DNA from: Nitrospirota bacterium
GTDB lineage: Bacteria; Nitrospirota; UBA9217
Direction of reading: 5' to 3'
Length of the DNA stretch: 64,000 bases
Assembly (NCBI GenBank): GCA_963663225.1
Contig: OY760142.1
Coordinates: forward strand, 1,312,001 to 1,376,000
Shown here: one piece after another, positions 9,914 to 20,065 of the stretch
Position numbering within the stretch: position 1 is the stretch's first letter
How the letters are laid out: every line of letters starts with the position of its first letter
Translations under genes and position numbers: made by a program
Notes under the pieces: generated by a model
Databases searched by the model: none
Told to the model about the DNA's origin: nothing
What the model saw: only the letters and a program-made list of their open reading frames with translations

Positions 9914-12900
9914 ATGGCAATTTTGTGGCGCATATGTCTCTTTATTCTTCTGATTGCACCCGCGGCCTCTGCATACCAACAGATAGATTTCCTGCGTGAA
10001 ATCGGTGTGACTGATAAGCAAACAGGACAAGCAGGCAGATTAGACGCACCCCGTGCGATGGCCGTGGGAGGGGAACTATTATACGTAGCCGATACTGATG
10101 CGCACCGTATTGCCGTTTTTGACCAGAGTGGAAAGATGGTGCGTACCTGGGGCCTGAAGGGGAGCAAATCCGGTCAATTCAGACGACCCGCCGGCATAGC
10201 ACTTGATGAGCAGGGGAAAATTTATGTTTCCGATACAGGGAACCATCGCATTCAGGTATTTACCGCCGAAGGAAAACTGATACGCAGTTTCGGAGTCAAA
10301 GGAAGCAGCCCGCGTGAGTTCAACAATCCGCATGGAATTGCTAGTGTAAAGGGGCTTCTGTATGTTGCGGACACCGGCAACAGCCGCGTTCAGGTGATGA
10401 CCAATGATGGCATCTTTCTTCATCAAATTACCGTAAAGACAAAAAAAGAAGAAATGGAAGCACCGATCAGTGTTGCCGTTGATACGCAAAACACGCTGTA
10501 TGTCCTCGACGCAGATGCATGCAATATTCGTATCTTTGATGCTCTTGGAAATCAACTCCGTGTTTTCGGTGCACGCGGAAGCGGACAGGAAGGATTCGAA
10601 AAGCCACAGGGTATTGCGGTGGACAACCGGGGAATAATTTATATTGCAGATACGGGAAATTTCAAAGCAAAAAAATTCAACCCCGGAGGAAAGCTGATCG
10701 CCTCCATAGGAGCCGAGGGCGATGGCCGCGGACAATTTCGTGAAATTGCAGGGATAGCTGTTGACCCGGAATACCGGATATGGACGCTTGATGCAGGAAA
10801 AAATACGATCCAGCTTTTCACCAGCGAGCGGGATGATTCCCCATTGCTTGCTCCTTCATCTCCGTTGCCGATTCCGGAGATATCAAAAGACCTGCCCGGC
10901 GAGGCAACTGCCGTTGCGTTCAATAAACGGTTGTGGGGGCTGACCGGAGACTCGCTTGTTGCGATAGGCGATTCTGGCGGGGGCCGCTCGATCGGTTCCA
11001 GCGGCAGCGACCCCGGTCTTCTAAAAAAACCCCGGGGGATGACAGTCGACAGTCAAGGAAACTTCTGGATAGCCGATACAGGCAATGATCGCTTGCAGAA
11101 GTTCAGTTTGGAGGGCAGCCTGCTGCAGGTACTGGGTAAATCCGGGGGTGGTGAGGGAGAGTTTAATTCACCAGCCAGCATGGCAGTAAGCCCGAAAGGT
11201 AACATTTATGTTGCAGATACCGGAAACCGGCGGATACAGGTTTTTAGTCCAAAAGGCGTGTTTCTCGGTGCTTTTGGCAAAGAAGGGAGCCAGTCCGGCC
11301 AGTTTAAGGAGATCGTTGACATCACGGTTGATGCAGCTGAAAATATCTATATTGTCGACCGGGGAAACGACCGGGTAAGCAAGACAGACAGCAACGGCAC
11401 GCTTCTCTGGGAAGCCGGAAAAACCGGCAAGCAGGAGGGAGAACTGCAGAGCCCCGAAAATATACTTGTTACTGCGGACGGTGAAGTTTTCGTGCTTGAT
11501 GCGGGGAACGCACGCATCCAGGTTTTCAACAGCAGCGGAAAATTTCTGAGGAAGTTCGGCAGTGAAGGGTCGGAACCCGGCACGTTCAGCAATCCTCAAG
11601 GAATGGCCCTTGAAGAGGGGCGCCGGCTTTTTGTCGGCGACCCTGGCAATAAACGGATTCAGACTTTTTTGCTGAAATTTACCCCGGAGACGCCGAAAGA
11701 AGTTACTGCTCAGGCGAAAATTAACGAAATTCAGCTGAGCTGGAAGCCAAACGCAGAGACCTATTTCCAGCACTACAATATTTATCGCGCCGCTTCTCCC
11801 GCGGATGCATTCAACCTTATCGGGACGGCAACAGCACCGTTTTATGTGGACAAGAACCTGCCGAGCAACCATACGTATCAATACCGCGTGACCAGCCAGG
11901 CCTGGGACGGAAATGAGACCGCCTCTTCAGCTGTGGTGCACGCCACGACACCGAAGCTGGTTCCAGCGCAACCTAAAAAAATACGCATCGAGGCAACCGA
12001 AAAGCATATAACGCTTTCCTGGCTTCCCAATACAGAGCCTTTTGTTATGCAGTATCGCGTCTACCGCTCGAAACAACCAACAGCCGGTTTTGAGCTTGCA
12101 GCAAAAAGCGAAAAGACCATTTTGCTGGATGGACCGCTTGCCGATGAGACGCTTTATTACTATCAGATCACAGCGGTGGGAAAGGAAGGGGATGAAAGCC
12201 AACCAAGCGAAGTTGTGTTCGCGGCAACCCCTAAAGCCCCTCTTACCGCGCCTCCGGTTGAAATCAGCTCGATTGAGCTGGGAGAAATTTTTGCTTCCGC
12301 ATATAAGTACTATGAATCACATCCGCTCGGAAAAGTTGTGATTGCAAACCAGACCGACCGGACCTATACGAAAGTTAAAGTAAGCTTTTCCGTAAAAGAC
12401 TACATGGATTTTCCTACAGAACTGGAAATAGCTACTCTGGCCCCGAAGCAAAAAGTTGAACTGCTGTTGAAACCGGTTTTCAGCAATGCCATTCTGGACG
12501 TGAGCGAAAACACTCCGCTTCAGAGTGAAATTGCCCTTACCTACCATGTGGGAGGAGAAGCAAAAACCATTACCCGGAGCTTCCCGGTAATGCTGTACGA
12601 GAAGCATGCAATTCGGTGGGATCAGAAGGAGAAAATCGGAGCGTTTGTCACGTCAAAAGATCCGGTCATCAATGACTTTACCAGGGCCGTTGTACAGCCG
12701 TATGTGGACGCCTACCCGAATTTGGACAAGTCAATTGTATATGCGCGGGCGATCTACGCAGCCCTTGGAGTCATGGGAATTTCGTATCTCGTGGATCCGA
12801 CGCCGTTCCAGGAGTTTTCCGAAAATACCACGATCGTGGATTACACGCTGTATCCCCGTGATGTCTTAATCAGAAAAAGCGGCGACTGCGATGGTCTCTC

Positions 12901-13705
12901 TATAATGTTTGCCGCTGCTTTGGAAAATATCAGCATAGAAACGGCTGTTGTCGATGTGCCGGGCCATGTCTTTGTGATGTTTAATACGGGAATACCGGAG
13001 CAGGAACGAAAAACGCTCGGTTTTCCGGATGAATTGCTGGTCGTATACCGCGGCACCGTCTGGTTGCCGCTGGAGATGACAATGGTAGGGTCGTCGTTTA
13101 CGCAGGCCTGGCAGAAAGGTGCAGAAGAATTCCGGGACTGGTCTGCAAAAGGAAAGGCGGATATTATCAGCATTCATAAGGCGTGGGAGCTTTTTAGACC
13201 GGTCACGCAGCCTTATACAGATTTTAGTCCTGAAAAAATCAAGCGCGAAGCGATTGAAGAAAAATACAAAGATGAGCTTGAAAAGCTTGCACGGCAGCGT
13301 CTTGCCAATCTGTCCGCGGGGTACCGTGCAACACTGAAAAAAAATCCTGGTGATCTGGAGTCCCTGGGACAGCTCGGCATTCTCTACGGAGAAAACGGCA
13401 TGACATCCGAGGCGATGGAGCAGTTCCAGAAAATGCTGGCCCACGACAAAACCAACGCCTTAGCGTTGAATAATATCGGAAACATCAGTTATTTACAGGG
13501 CAGGTTCGACGACGCCCGCCAGGCTTATGAGGCCGCGCTCAAGTCAATGCCGGACGATCCCGGGGTCATGGTAAACCTCGCCCGCGTTCTGCACCATTCG
13601 GGCAAAAAAGATGCTGCCAAGAAGTTGTTCCAAAGAGCAGCCGCACTTGATCCGCGCGTAGTACGGCAATACGCCGACCTTGCCGGAAGCCTGGGTATAA
13701 AGTAA
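9914..13705 (+). CDS. large secreted protein: NHL beta-propellers + 2 FN3 + transglutaminase-like domain + TPR
   Basis: about 12 repeats of F..P.GIAVD..G.IYVADTGN.RIQVF; two LSW...Y..YR FN3 units; GDCDG / GHVF / PLEMT; C-terminal TPRs; GGAGG RBS. Confidence 0.85.
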   Translation: MAILWRICLFILLIAPAASAYQQIDFLREIGVTDKQTGQAGRLDAPRAMAVGGELLYVADTDAHRIAVFDQSGKMVRTWGLKGSKSGQFRRPAGIALDEQGKIYVSDTGNHRIQVFTAEGKLIRSFGVKGSSPREFNNPHGIASVKGLLYVADTGNSRVQVMTNDGIFLHQITVKTKKEEMEAPISVAVDTQNTLYVLDADACNIRIFDALGNQLRVFGARGSGQEGFEKPQGIAVDNRGIIYIADTGNFKAKKFNPGGKLIASIGAEGDGRGQFREIAGIAVDPEYRIWTLDAGKNTIQLFTSERDDSPLLAPSSPLPIPEISKDLPGEATAVAFNKRLWGLTGDSLVAIGDSGGGRSIGSSGSDPGLLKKPRGMTVDSQGNFWIADTGNDRLQKFSLEGSLLQVLGKSGGGEGEFNSPASMAVSPKGNIYVADTGNRRIQVFSPKGVFLGAFGKEGSQSGQFKEIVDITVDAAENIYIVDRGNDRVSKTDSNGTLLWEAGKTGKQEGELQSPENILVTADGEVFVLDAGNARIQVFNSSGKFLRKFGSEGSEPGTFSNPQGMALEEGRRLFVGDPGNKRIQTFLLKFTPETPKEVTAQAKINEIQLSWKPNAETYFQHYNIYRAASPADAFNLIGTATAPFYVDKNLPSNHTYQYRVTSQAWDGNETASSAVVHATTPKLVPAQPKKIRIEATEKHITLSWLPNTEPFVMQYRVYRSKQPTAGFELAAKSEKTILLDGPLADETLYYYQITAVGKEGDESQPSEVVFAATPKAPLTAPPVEISSIELGEIFASAYKYYESHPLGKVVIANQTDRTYTKVKVSFSVKDYMDFPTELEIATLAPKQKVELLLKPVFSNAILDVSENTPLQSEIALTYHVGGEAKTITRSFPVMLYEKHAIRWDQKEKIGAFVTSKDPVINDFTRAVVQPYVDAYPNLDKSIVYARAIYAALGVMGISYLVDPTPFQEFSENTTIVDYTLYPRDVLIRKSGDCDGLSIMFAAALENISIETAVVDVPGHVFVMFNTGIPEQERKTLGFPDELLVVYRGTVWLPLEMTMVGSSFTQAWQKGAEEFRDWSAKGKADIISIHKAWELFRPVTQPYTDFSPEKIKREAIEEKYKDELEKLARQRLANLSAGYRATLKKNPGDLESLGQLGILYGENGMTSEAMEQFQKMLAHDKTNALALNNIGNISYLQGRFDDARQAYEAALKSMPDDPGVMVNLARVLHHSGKKDAAKKLFQRAAALDPRVVRQYADLAGSLGIK

Positions 13706-13780
13706 AGTTCTTGCCAATGCCGACAGCAATACTAAAATTACACGATCCCACATTTGCAGCCATGACCAAGGAGGTCTGAA

Positions 13781-14299
13781 ATGATGAAAAAAACAGTTTC
13801 TTTCCTAGCGGCTTTTGTTCTCTGCTGCACGACGGTGCTTTTGGCGCAGGACAAAACCGAATCAACTCTGTCTGCTTGGCTAAAAAGCATTCAACAGAAA
13901 CTCGAGCAAATCGTCCCTAAAAAATCACTTCCCATGGCTACAGGCGTGGCGGGGACGCGCGGCGCAAAGGATGACACCTCGGTCAAGCTGTACTGGAAAG
14001 GCAAAAAAGGCGATGAATCGGTGACCGAAGAAGAGCTGCTCAAATTCAAGGCAGGCGTGGATTTGGCCGGGAAAGGCGACCGTGAGGGGTCGGTCAAGGC
14101 ATTGGATGATTTTATGAAACAATATCCTGACAGCGCATTGATACCCGATGCTAAAAAAACGTTTGATCTGGTGAAGGCAGAGAGCACACCCGAAGGGAAA
14201 ATTGAGAAAAAAGCGGAAACAGACGAAGTAAAAAAAGAAACCAAAAAAGAAGTAAAGAAGAAGGCTAAAAAAGCGAAAAAACAAGATGAAGGGAATTAA
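13781..14299 (+). CDS. secreted hypothetical protein with a TPR-like helix pair and Lys-rich tail
   Basis: signal peptide, AAGGAGG RBS, GVAGTRGA motif, FMKQYPDSALIPDA helix pair. Confidence 0.8.
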   Translation: MMKKTVSFLAAFVLCCTTVLLAQDKTESTLSAWLKSIQQKLEQIVPKKSLPMATGVAGTRGAKDDTSVKLYWKGKKGDESVTEEELLKFKAGVDLAGKGDREGSVKALDDFMKQYPDSALIPDAKKTFDLVKAESTPEGKIEKKAETDEVKKETKKEVKKKAKKAKKQDEGN

Positions 14300-14357
14300 C
14301 AATACTGCAACTGTTCTCTAGGCGCACGGAGCGGTGCTCTGTGCCATTTCCTATTTC

Positions 14358-14384
14358 AAGGCAGGGAATTTTCCCTGCCTTTTT
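14358..14384 (+). terminator. Rho-independent terminator
   Basis: AAGGCAGGGA/TCCCTGCCTT stem followed by Ts. Confidence 0.8.
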
Positions 14385-14455
14385 GCTTGCAATCGGCAGT
14401 GGGTGCAGCCATTTTTTTCTGGATGTTTCCCTGCTGATTTGATAGTCTAGTCCGC

Positions 14456-15715
14456 ATGCCACATCGAAGAACTTCAAGAACACCCTGGGCTTTTATCCCG
14501 TCGCTTTACTTCGCAGAAGGACTGCCTTACGTACTGATCAATACGGTTTCGGTCATTCTCTACAAACGCATGGGCGTTGATAATGCGAGCATTGCTTTCT
14601 GGACCAGCTGGCTTTACCTGCCCTGGGTCATTAAAATGTTCTGGGGGCCGGTTGTAGACATTTACTCCTCCAAGCGCGTCTGGATACTGAGCACGCAGGC
14701 AGCCATGAGTATATGCCTGTTTGGCATCGCGTTTTCGCTCAGGAGCGAGTCGTTTTTCTTTCTTTCGCTTGCTGCGTTCAGCGCCGGCGCTTTTATTTCC
14801 GCAACTTATGACATTGCCACAGATGGTTTTTACATGCTGGCACTCAGTGAAAAAGAGCAGGCCTTTTTCGTAGGCATCCGGTCCGCTTGTTACCGGTTGG
14901 CCATGATTTTCGGGTCGGGGCTTCTGGTCTATCTCGCGGGGCTGCTCGAAACAGCAAGCGGCGACATTGCCCGGAGCTGGTCTTTTGTGATGGCTGCTTC
15001 CGGCCTGCTTCTTGGAGCCGCCCTGATTTACCACAAGTTCATGCTTCCGGTTCCCGCGGTTGACGGTGTGCGCGCGCTCAGAAACAATGCAGACAGCGTA
15101 TCATTTGCAGAAGTCATCCGCGCATATTTCAACCAGAAGAAAATCGGAATTATTCTGGCATTCATCCTTCTTTATCGGCTTGGCGAGGCTATGCTGCTGA
15201 AGCTTGTTTCGCCGTTTTTTCTTGATTCACCTGCCGGGGGAGGATTGGGGCTTTCAACGCAGGACGTTGGTCTTGTGTACGGTACCGTAGGGGTGCTGTG
15301 TCTCGTTTTGGGCGGCGTACTTGGTGGGGGGCTCATATCCCGCTTTGGCTTTAAACGCTGTGTCTGGCCCATGGTGATAGCCATGCACCTTCCTGATCTT
15401 TTCTTCGTTTATATGGCCTATTCACAGCCGGCGATTTGGCTCGTTTACCCGCTTGTAGCAATGGAACAGTTCGGCTATGGTCTTGGATTCACGGTTTTTA
15501 CCGTGTATCTTATGTATGTAACGCAGGGAAAGTACAAGACGTCTCACTATGCCATTTCAACCGGAATTATGGCTTTAGGCATGATGCTGCCCGGGTTTGT
15601 AAGCGGCTGGATCCAGGAAGCGGTAGGGTACAGAGTGTTTTTTGTCCTTGTTTGTTTTCTGACAATTCCGGGCGTATTGACCATCCCATTTATTCCAAAA
15701 GACAACATAGAATAA
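14456..15715 (+). CDS. ampG: AmpG-family MFS transporter (muropeptide permease-like)
   Basis: SLYFAEGLP, LPWVIK, SATYDIATDG and YRLGEA motifs; about 12 TM segments. Confidence 0.8.
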   Translation: MPHRRTSRTPWAFIPSLYFAEGLPYVLINTVSVILYKRMGVDNASIAFWTSWLYLPWVIKMFWGPVVDIYSSKRVWILSTQAAMSICLFGIAFSLRSESFFFLSLAAFSAGAFISATYDIATDGFYMLALSEKEQAFFVGIRSACYRLAMIFGSGLLVYLAGLLETASGDIARSWSFVMAASGLLLGAALIYHKFMLPVPAVDGVRALRNNADSVSFAEVIRAYFNQKKIGIILAFILLYRLGEAMLLKLVSPFFLDSPAGGGLGLSTQDVGLVYGTVGVLCLVLGGVLGGGLISRFGFKRCVWPMVIAMHLPDLFFVYMAYSQPAIWLVYPLVAMEQFGYGLGFTVFTVYLMYVTQGKYKTSHYAISTGIMALGMMLPGFVSGWIQEAVGYRVFFVLVCFLTIPGVLTIPFIPKDNIE

Positions 15716-15790
15716 ACCTTTCATGCGAAGGAAGGATCGTCATGTGGAGAAAAAGCGAAAGCCGGGTTAAATGCCAGCGGGGTTCCTCAG

Positions 15791-16039
15791 CTATTCTTTC
15801 CAGTTGCCGGATAACACATAGCCGATAATGATGCCCAGAACAATGTTGGTCGTTCCTCTGTCGAGTTTATCGTTGATGCCGAGAATGATCAGAAGCGGCA
15901 GTAAAAAAACAACTGCCAGGAATTGGATTGCCCGTATTCCCAGCGTCGCGTTCTGTTTAGTTACCAGATAAAAAACACCGTACAGGCCACCTGCCATAAT
16001 AAGTGCCACTATTATGCTTATCCACAGCTGCTGATACAT
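15791..16039 (-). CDS. small membrane protein (about 3 TM)
   Basis: GGAGG RBS upstream of ATG 16039; hydrophobic segments. Confidence 0.7.
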   Translation of the reverse strand: MYQQLWISIIVALIMAGGLYGVFYLVTKQNATLGIRAIQFLAVVFLLPLLIILGINDKLDRGTTNIVLGIIIGYVLSGNWKE

Positions 16040-16257
16040 GGTTTTACCTCCCTTAACGGACTTTTTTGCACGCGCAGATAAAGAAGCGTGTTGCATTATA
16101 ATGAACAAAAGGCGTTTTGTCAAAGGGGTAATAACGTTGGAATCTGGATTATCGAAACTTACACTAGTTTCTTCGTTAAAAAGCGGGTAAAATGTCGAAA
16201 AATGCTGCCTTCTTCCGGGAGCAGGTGGTACAATGGGAAAACGCAACGGGGTGATAT

Positions 16258-17184
16258 ATTAACAAGGTTCTCTGTCTATTCGGACTGATTATAGCAGCAG
16301 GGTATGCGTGGAGGTATTTCAACCCGGGAGGCATTGACCGGCACCGGGTGCGGCATGTGTTAAGCGTGGCCGTCCTGAATTTCTTTCTGGTGGCATTGGC
16401 GTTTAACCTTGTTGCTTCTGCACGGTTCGACCGGACTTTTCTCCTTATACCTTTGACGGGAGTCGTCGCCATTGTTGCTAGCATGACTGTCGGGTTCGGT
16501 GTTTACGCGTTGCTTGCCCGCTTCGTTCATATCCCACGGCCGGTATTCGGCGTAATGATCTTTGCCGCGGCATTCGGCAATGTGATTGTTCTTGGCCTCC
16601 CGGTTATTGTCGAACTGCTTGGTCCTGAACAGGCATACGTATCAATCCTGTACGACCAATTGGCGGCGACGCCGATATTGCTGACCATCGGAGTATTCAT
16701 AGCCGCCCGGTATGGAAGCGGAAAAAGTGTCTCCCTTGCATCGTCGCTGAAGCGGGTAGGCATGCTTCCGCCGCTTTGGGGCGTTGCAGCAGGGATTGCT
16801 GCCCATCTCGCGGGAATAACGGTTCCTCAATTCGTGATGGACGCCACTGCACTTATGGGCGGTGTGGTGGTTCCGGTCATGATCTTTATGGTTGGGCTTG
16901 CCCTTGATTTTCAGGACCTGAGGCGGCTGCCGATAGCAATTCCTGCCATCGCAATCAAGCTGCTGGTGGCGCCAGTGCTGGTCTTGGGTATCGGCTCGTG
17001 GTTTGGCCTTACGGGTAGTTCACTCAAAGCGGTGGCGATTGCAGGGGCCATGCCGGTGATGGTGACGTCGCTGGTACTGGCAGATGAGTTTAATCTGGAT
17101 GTGCCGCTTACCGCGCTGTGTATTGCGATATCGACGGTTGGACTTTTTTTTACCATGCCGCTTATGCAGAGAATGCTTTTTTGA
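16258..17184 (+). CDS. AEC (auxin efflux carrier/malate permease) family transporter; start uncertain
   Basis: FGNVIVLGLP, IKLLVAP and AMP motifs; first TM helix lies upstream of GTG 16348 and the frame is open back to TGA 16252. Confidence 0.8.
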   Translation: MNKVLCLFGLIIAAGYAWRYFNPGGIDRHRVRHVLSVAVLNFFLVALAFNLVASARFDRTFLLIPLTGVVAIVASMTVGFGVYALLARFVHIPRPVFGVMIFAAAFGNVIVLGLPVIVELLGPEQAYVSILYDQLAATPILLTIGVFIAARYGSGKSVSLASSLKRVGMLPPLWGVAAGIAAHLAGITVPQFVMDATALMGGVVVPVMIFMVGLALDFQDLRRLPIAIPAIAIKLLVAPVLVLGIGSWFGLTGSSLKAVAIAGAMPVMVTSLVLADEFNLDVPLTALCIAISTVGLFFTMPLMQRMLF

Positions 17185-17243
17185 AAAAAAAGCACGGGAC
17201 ACACAATGCCTAAAAGGGCGCGGTTGTTTTTTGGGGATATTTC

Positions 17244-18146
17244 ATGGCATATGCCGGTGAAGGCAAAAGATTTCTCGTCGATATCCACGTTCATGGCGCG
17301 GAACAGTACGATACCCGCACGCGGCGGGAAGAAGATATCCTTCGCATGGCCAGGATTCATGGAGAACGCGGAACCGGACTTGTTCTGCCAACCATATACC
17401 CGGGCTCTCTTGTGGACATGCGAGAGAATATAAGCGCTGTAAGGCGCGCGATGCAGGCACAACGGGAGGGGGCAAAAATTTTCGGGGTGCATTTGGAAGG
17501 CCCGTTTCTGAACAGCAACTGCGCCGGCGCCTTGGACAAGAGCAGTTTTGCAGAACCCTCCCTCGACATGCTTTCGCGCCTGGTTTCCGGCTTTGAGGAC
17601 ATTATAAAAATCATCACGATTGCGCCTGAGCTGCCGGGAGCGCTCCGTATCATTGAAGTGTGCAGGGGAAAAGGTTTTCTCGTCCAGATGGGCCACAGCA
17701 ATGCAACCTATGAACAGGCGGAAGAGGGAAAACGTGCCGGTGCTACGGGTATTACCCATGTGTTTAATGCCATGCGGGGTTTCCACCACCGAGAACCGGG
17801 TCTTACGGGGTTCGGGCTCATGGATGAGGACCTGTACGTGGAAGTGATCGCAGATATGGTTCACGTCCATCCGCAAAGCCTCAAGATGTTGTTTGACATG
17901 AAATCAGCGGAAAAAATTCTGCTTATTTCCGATTCAGTAAAAGGTCCGGGCTGGGGAAACGGCCCTCTGCGGGGAGCCGGCGGCATGCTGTTGGGAAGTG
18001 GAATAGCTTTGGCAGATGCGGTAACAAATCTGATTGAGCACGGGATACCTCCGGAACGGGCCTATCAGTTTGCCTCGGATAATCCTTTGGCATATTTGGG
18101 CATATCGGATCTTGACCGCGTGGCGCCCAGCTTGCCGAATGCCTGA
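17244..18146 (+). CDS. nagA: N-acetylglucosamine-6-phosphate deacetylase (short form)
   Basis: DIHVHG, HLEGPFL, TIAPE, GHSNA, THVFNAM and ISDS motifs. Confidence 0.88.
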   Translation: MAYAGEGKRFLVDIHVHGAEQYDTRTRREEDILRMARIHGERGTGLVLPTIYPGSLVDMRENISAVRRAMQAQREGAKIFGVHLEGPFLNSNCAGALDKSSFAEPSLDMLSRLVSGFEDIIKIITIAPELPGALRIIEVCRGKGFLVQMGHSNATYEQAEEGKRAGATGITHVFNAMRGFHHREPGLTGFGLMDEDLYVEVIADMVHVHPQSLKMLFDMKSAEKILLISDSVKGPGWGNGPLRGAGGMLLGSGIALADAVTNLIEHGIPPERAYQFASDNPLAYLGISDLDRVAPSLPNA

Positions 18147-18229
18147 TTGTGCAACACGATGAACAGCATATGCGCGGTTTTTCCGTTCGTGTCTCTGTGC
18201 TGTCGGAATCTCATGAGGGGTGTTTTTTT

Positions 18230-18883
18230 ATGAAGCCAGTCAGTCTTCTTATCTTTGATCTGGACGGAACGCTCGTCGATACGCTCGGCGACATAACCGC
18301 GTCGACCAATTTCGTGCTCGGCCGCTTCGGCAGGCAACCGCTCGAAATGCAGACTGTTCGCCGTTACGTGGGAGACGGGATCGGCAAGCTCGTCGAACGC
18401 TCCTTCGGCGGCAGAGCCGAAAACCTTGCAGAGGCAGTTGCGCTGTACAAGGAACACCACCGTCAAAACTTCACGACCCACTCTGCGCTGTACCCGTCGG
18501 TCAGGGCAACACTGGAATGTTTCAGTCAGATTCCGAAGGCGGTTATTACGAACAAAAGCATGGAGTTCTGCAAGCCATTGCTTGAGCACCTCGGGATTGT
18601 GCAGCATTTTGACATGATTATCGGCGCGGATTCCGGCCTGCCGCTCAAACCTGCTCCGGATGCTATTTTCAGGATCATTGAAAAGCACGCTATTTCCAAG
18701 GAACATGCGGCAATTATTGGGGACGGCACGACGGATATTCAGGCAGGCAAAGCGGCGGGTATTATTACTTGCGCGGTCACATACGGATTTCGTTCTGAGG
18801 AAGAGCTGAAAAAAGCAGGGCCGGATTATACGATTCATACCATGGCGGACTTAAAGAATATTTTTGTTCCGGTATCCGTCTGA
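18230..18883 (+). CDS. HAD-IA phosphatase (phosphoglycolate phosphatase/MupP-like)
   Basis: FDLDGTLVDT, TNK, KPAP and GDGTTDIQAG motifs. Confidence 0.9.
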   Translation: MKPVSLLIFDLDGTLVDTLGDITASTNFVLGRFGRQPLEMQTVRRYVGDGIGKLVERSFGGRAENLAEAVALYKEHHRQNFTTHSALYPSVRATLECFSQIPKAVITNKSMEFCKPLLEHLGIVQHFDMIIGADSGLPLKPAPDAIFRIIEKHAISKEHAAIIGDGTTDIQAGKAAGIITCAVTYGFRSEEELKKAGPDYTIHTMADLKNIFVPVSV

Positions 18884-18952
18884 TTTTTTTGTGTATGCCG
18901 GGCTGGACCGCTGCCGTCCCAAAAAACTGCATAGCCTAAACTGAGGAAAGAC

Positions 18953-20065
18953 ATGCCCTCTTATCCGACATCAGAGCCTTCCCGCGGTTCATTCGCAGGA
19001 GGGCACTCTGCAATGAATTATCTGCCGCGGTTAATTGCCTGGGAAGTGACCAGAAGCTGCCTCCTCAACTGTATTCACTGTAGAGCTGCAGCGCGATACG
19101 GCCCCTACGAAGGAGAACTGACAACGGAGGAATGCTGCCGTTTTCTGGATGATGTCAAGTCGTTCAGCGATCCGATCATGATTCTTACCGGCGGCGAGCC
19201 TATGATGCGCACCGACATTTATGACATTGCTGCGTACGGTTCTCAGCTGGGGCTCCGCATGGTGATGGCTCCCTGCGGTCTGCTCGTGACCGAGGAGCAT
19301 GCCAAAAAAATCAAAAGGTCCGGCATTATGCGGGTATCACTCTCCCTCGACGGATTAACCGCAGAGAGCCACAATGCGTTTCGGCGTGTGGAAGGGGCGT
19401 TTGAAGGCGTGATGCAGGCAATCGAAAACCTCAAAAAGGCCGGCGTGGAATTTCAGATCAATACCACGGTTACAAAGCACAATGTGGGAGATTTGCCGCA
19501 GCTTCTCGAAATGATAGTCAAGCTCGGCGCCGTAGCGTACCATCCATTCCTTCTGGTGCCGACCGGCCGCGGCAAGGCCCTTGCTGATATGGAAGTGTCT
19601 CCTGCCGACTACGAGAAAACACTAAAATGGTTTTATGACATGAGAGACAAGGTGCCGATACAATTCAAACCCACCTGTGCTCCGCATTATTATCGGATCT
19701 TCCGGCAGGAAGAACAGCGCAAGGGCAAAACCGTCACTCCTGCTTCGCACGGGCTTGACGCCATGACCAAAGGCTGCATGGGAGGGCAAAGCTTTGCCTT
19801 CGTATCCCACGTGGGAAAGGTGCAAATTTGCGGCTTTCTCGAGGAAGAGGCCGGCGACATCAAGAGCGAGCCTTTCTCGAAAATATGGAACACGTCGCAA
19901 TTGTTTCGTGAAATGCGGGACCTTGACCGATACCACGGTAAATGCGGCATCTGTGAGTACCGCAGGATTTGCGGCGGCTGCCGTGCGAGGGCTTTTGCCG
20001 TTTCCGGCGATTACCTTGCCGCGGAGCCCTTCTGCACCTATGAACCGAAACGAGTGAAACCATGA
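18953..20065 (+). CDS. ahbD: radical SAM/SPASM protein, AhbD/NirJ-like (probable heme b synthase)
   Basis: LIAWEVTRSCLLNCIHCRA, TGGEP, LVPTGRG, TCAPHYYR and CxxC...CGGCRARA SPASM motifs. Confidence 0.75.
   Translation: MPSYPTSEPSRGSFAGGHSAMNYLPRLIAWEVTRSCLLNCIHCRAAARYGPYEGELTTEECCRFLDDVKSFSDPIMILTGGEPMMRTDIYDIAAYGSQLGLRMVMAPCGLLVTEEHAKKIKRSGIMRVSLSLDGLTAESHNAFRRVEGAFEGVMQAIENLKKAGVEFQINTTVTKHNVGDLPQLLEMIVKLGAVAYHPFLLVPTGRGKALADMEVSPADYEKTLKWFYDMRDKVPIQFKPTCAPHYYRIFRQEEQRKGKTVTPASHGLDAMTKGCMGGQSFAFVSHVGKVQICGFLEEEAGDIKSEPFSKIWNTSQLFREMRDLDRYHGKCGICEYRRICGGCRARAFAVSGDYLAAEPFCTYEPKRVKP

Noticed and set aside
9914-11680. Periodic similarity suggestive of a DNA repeat or CRISPR array
   Set aside because: Explained by protein-level NHL repeats; no identical direct repeats with spacers were seen anywhere in the window.
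16192-16254. Selenocysteine or readthrough at TGA 16252 upstream of the AEC transporter
   Set aside because: The upstream peptide does not look like the family, and no SECIS-like hairpin follows the TGA.
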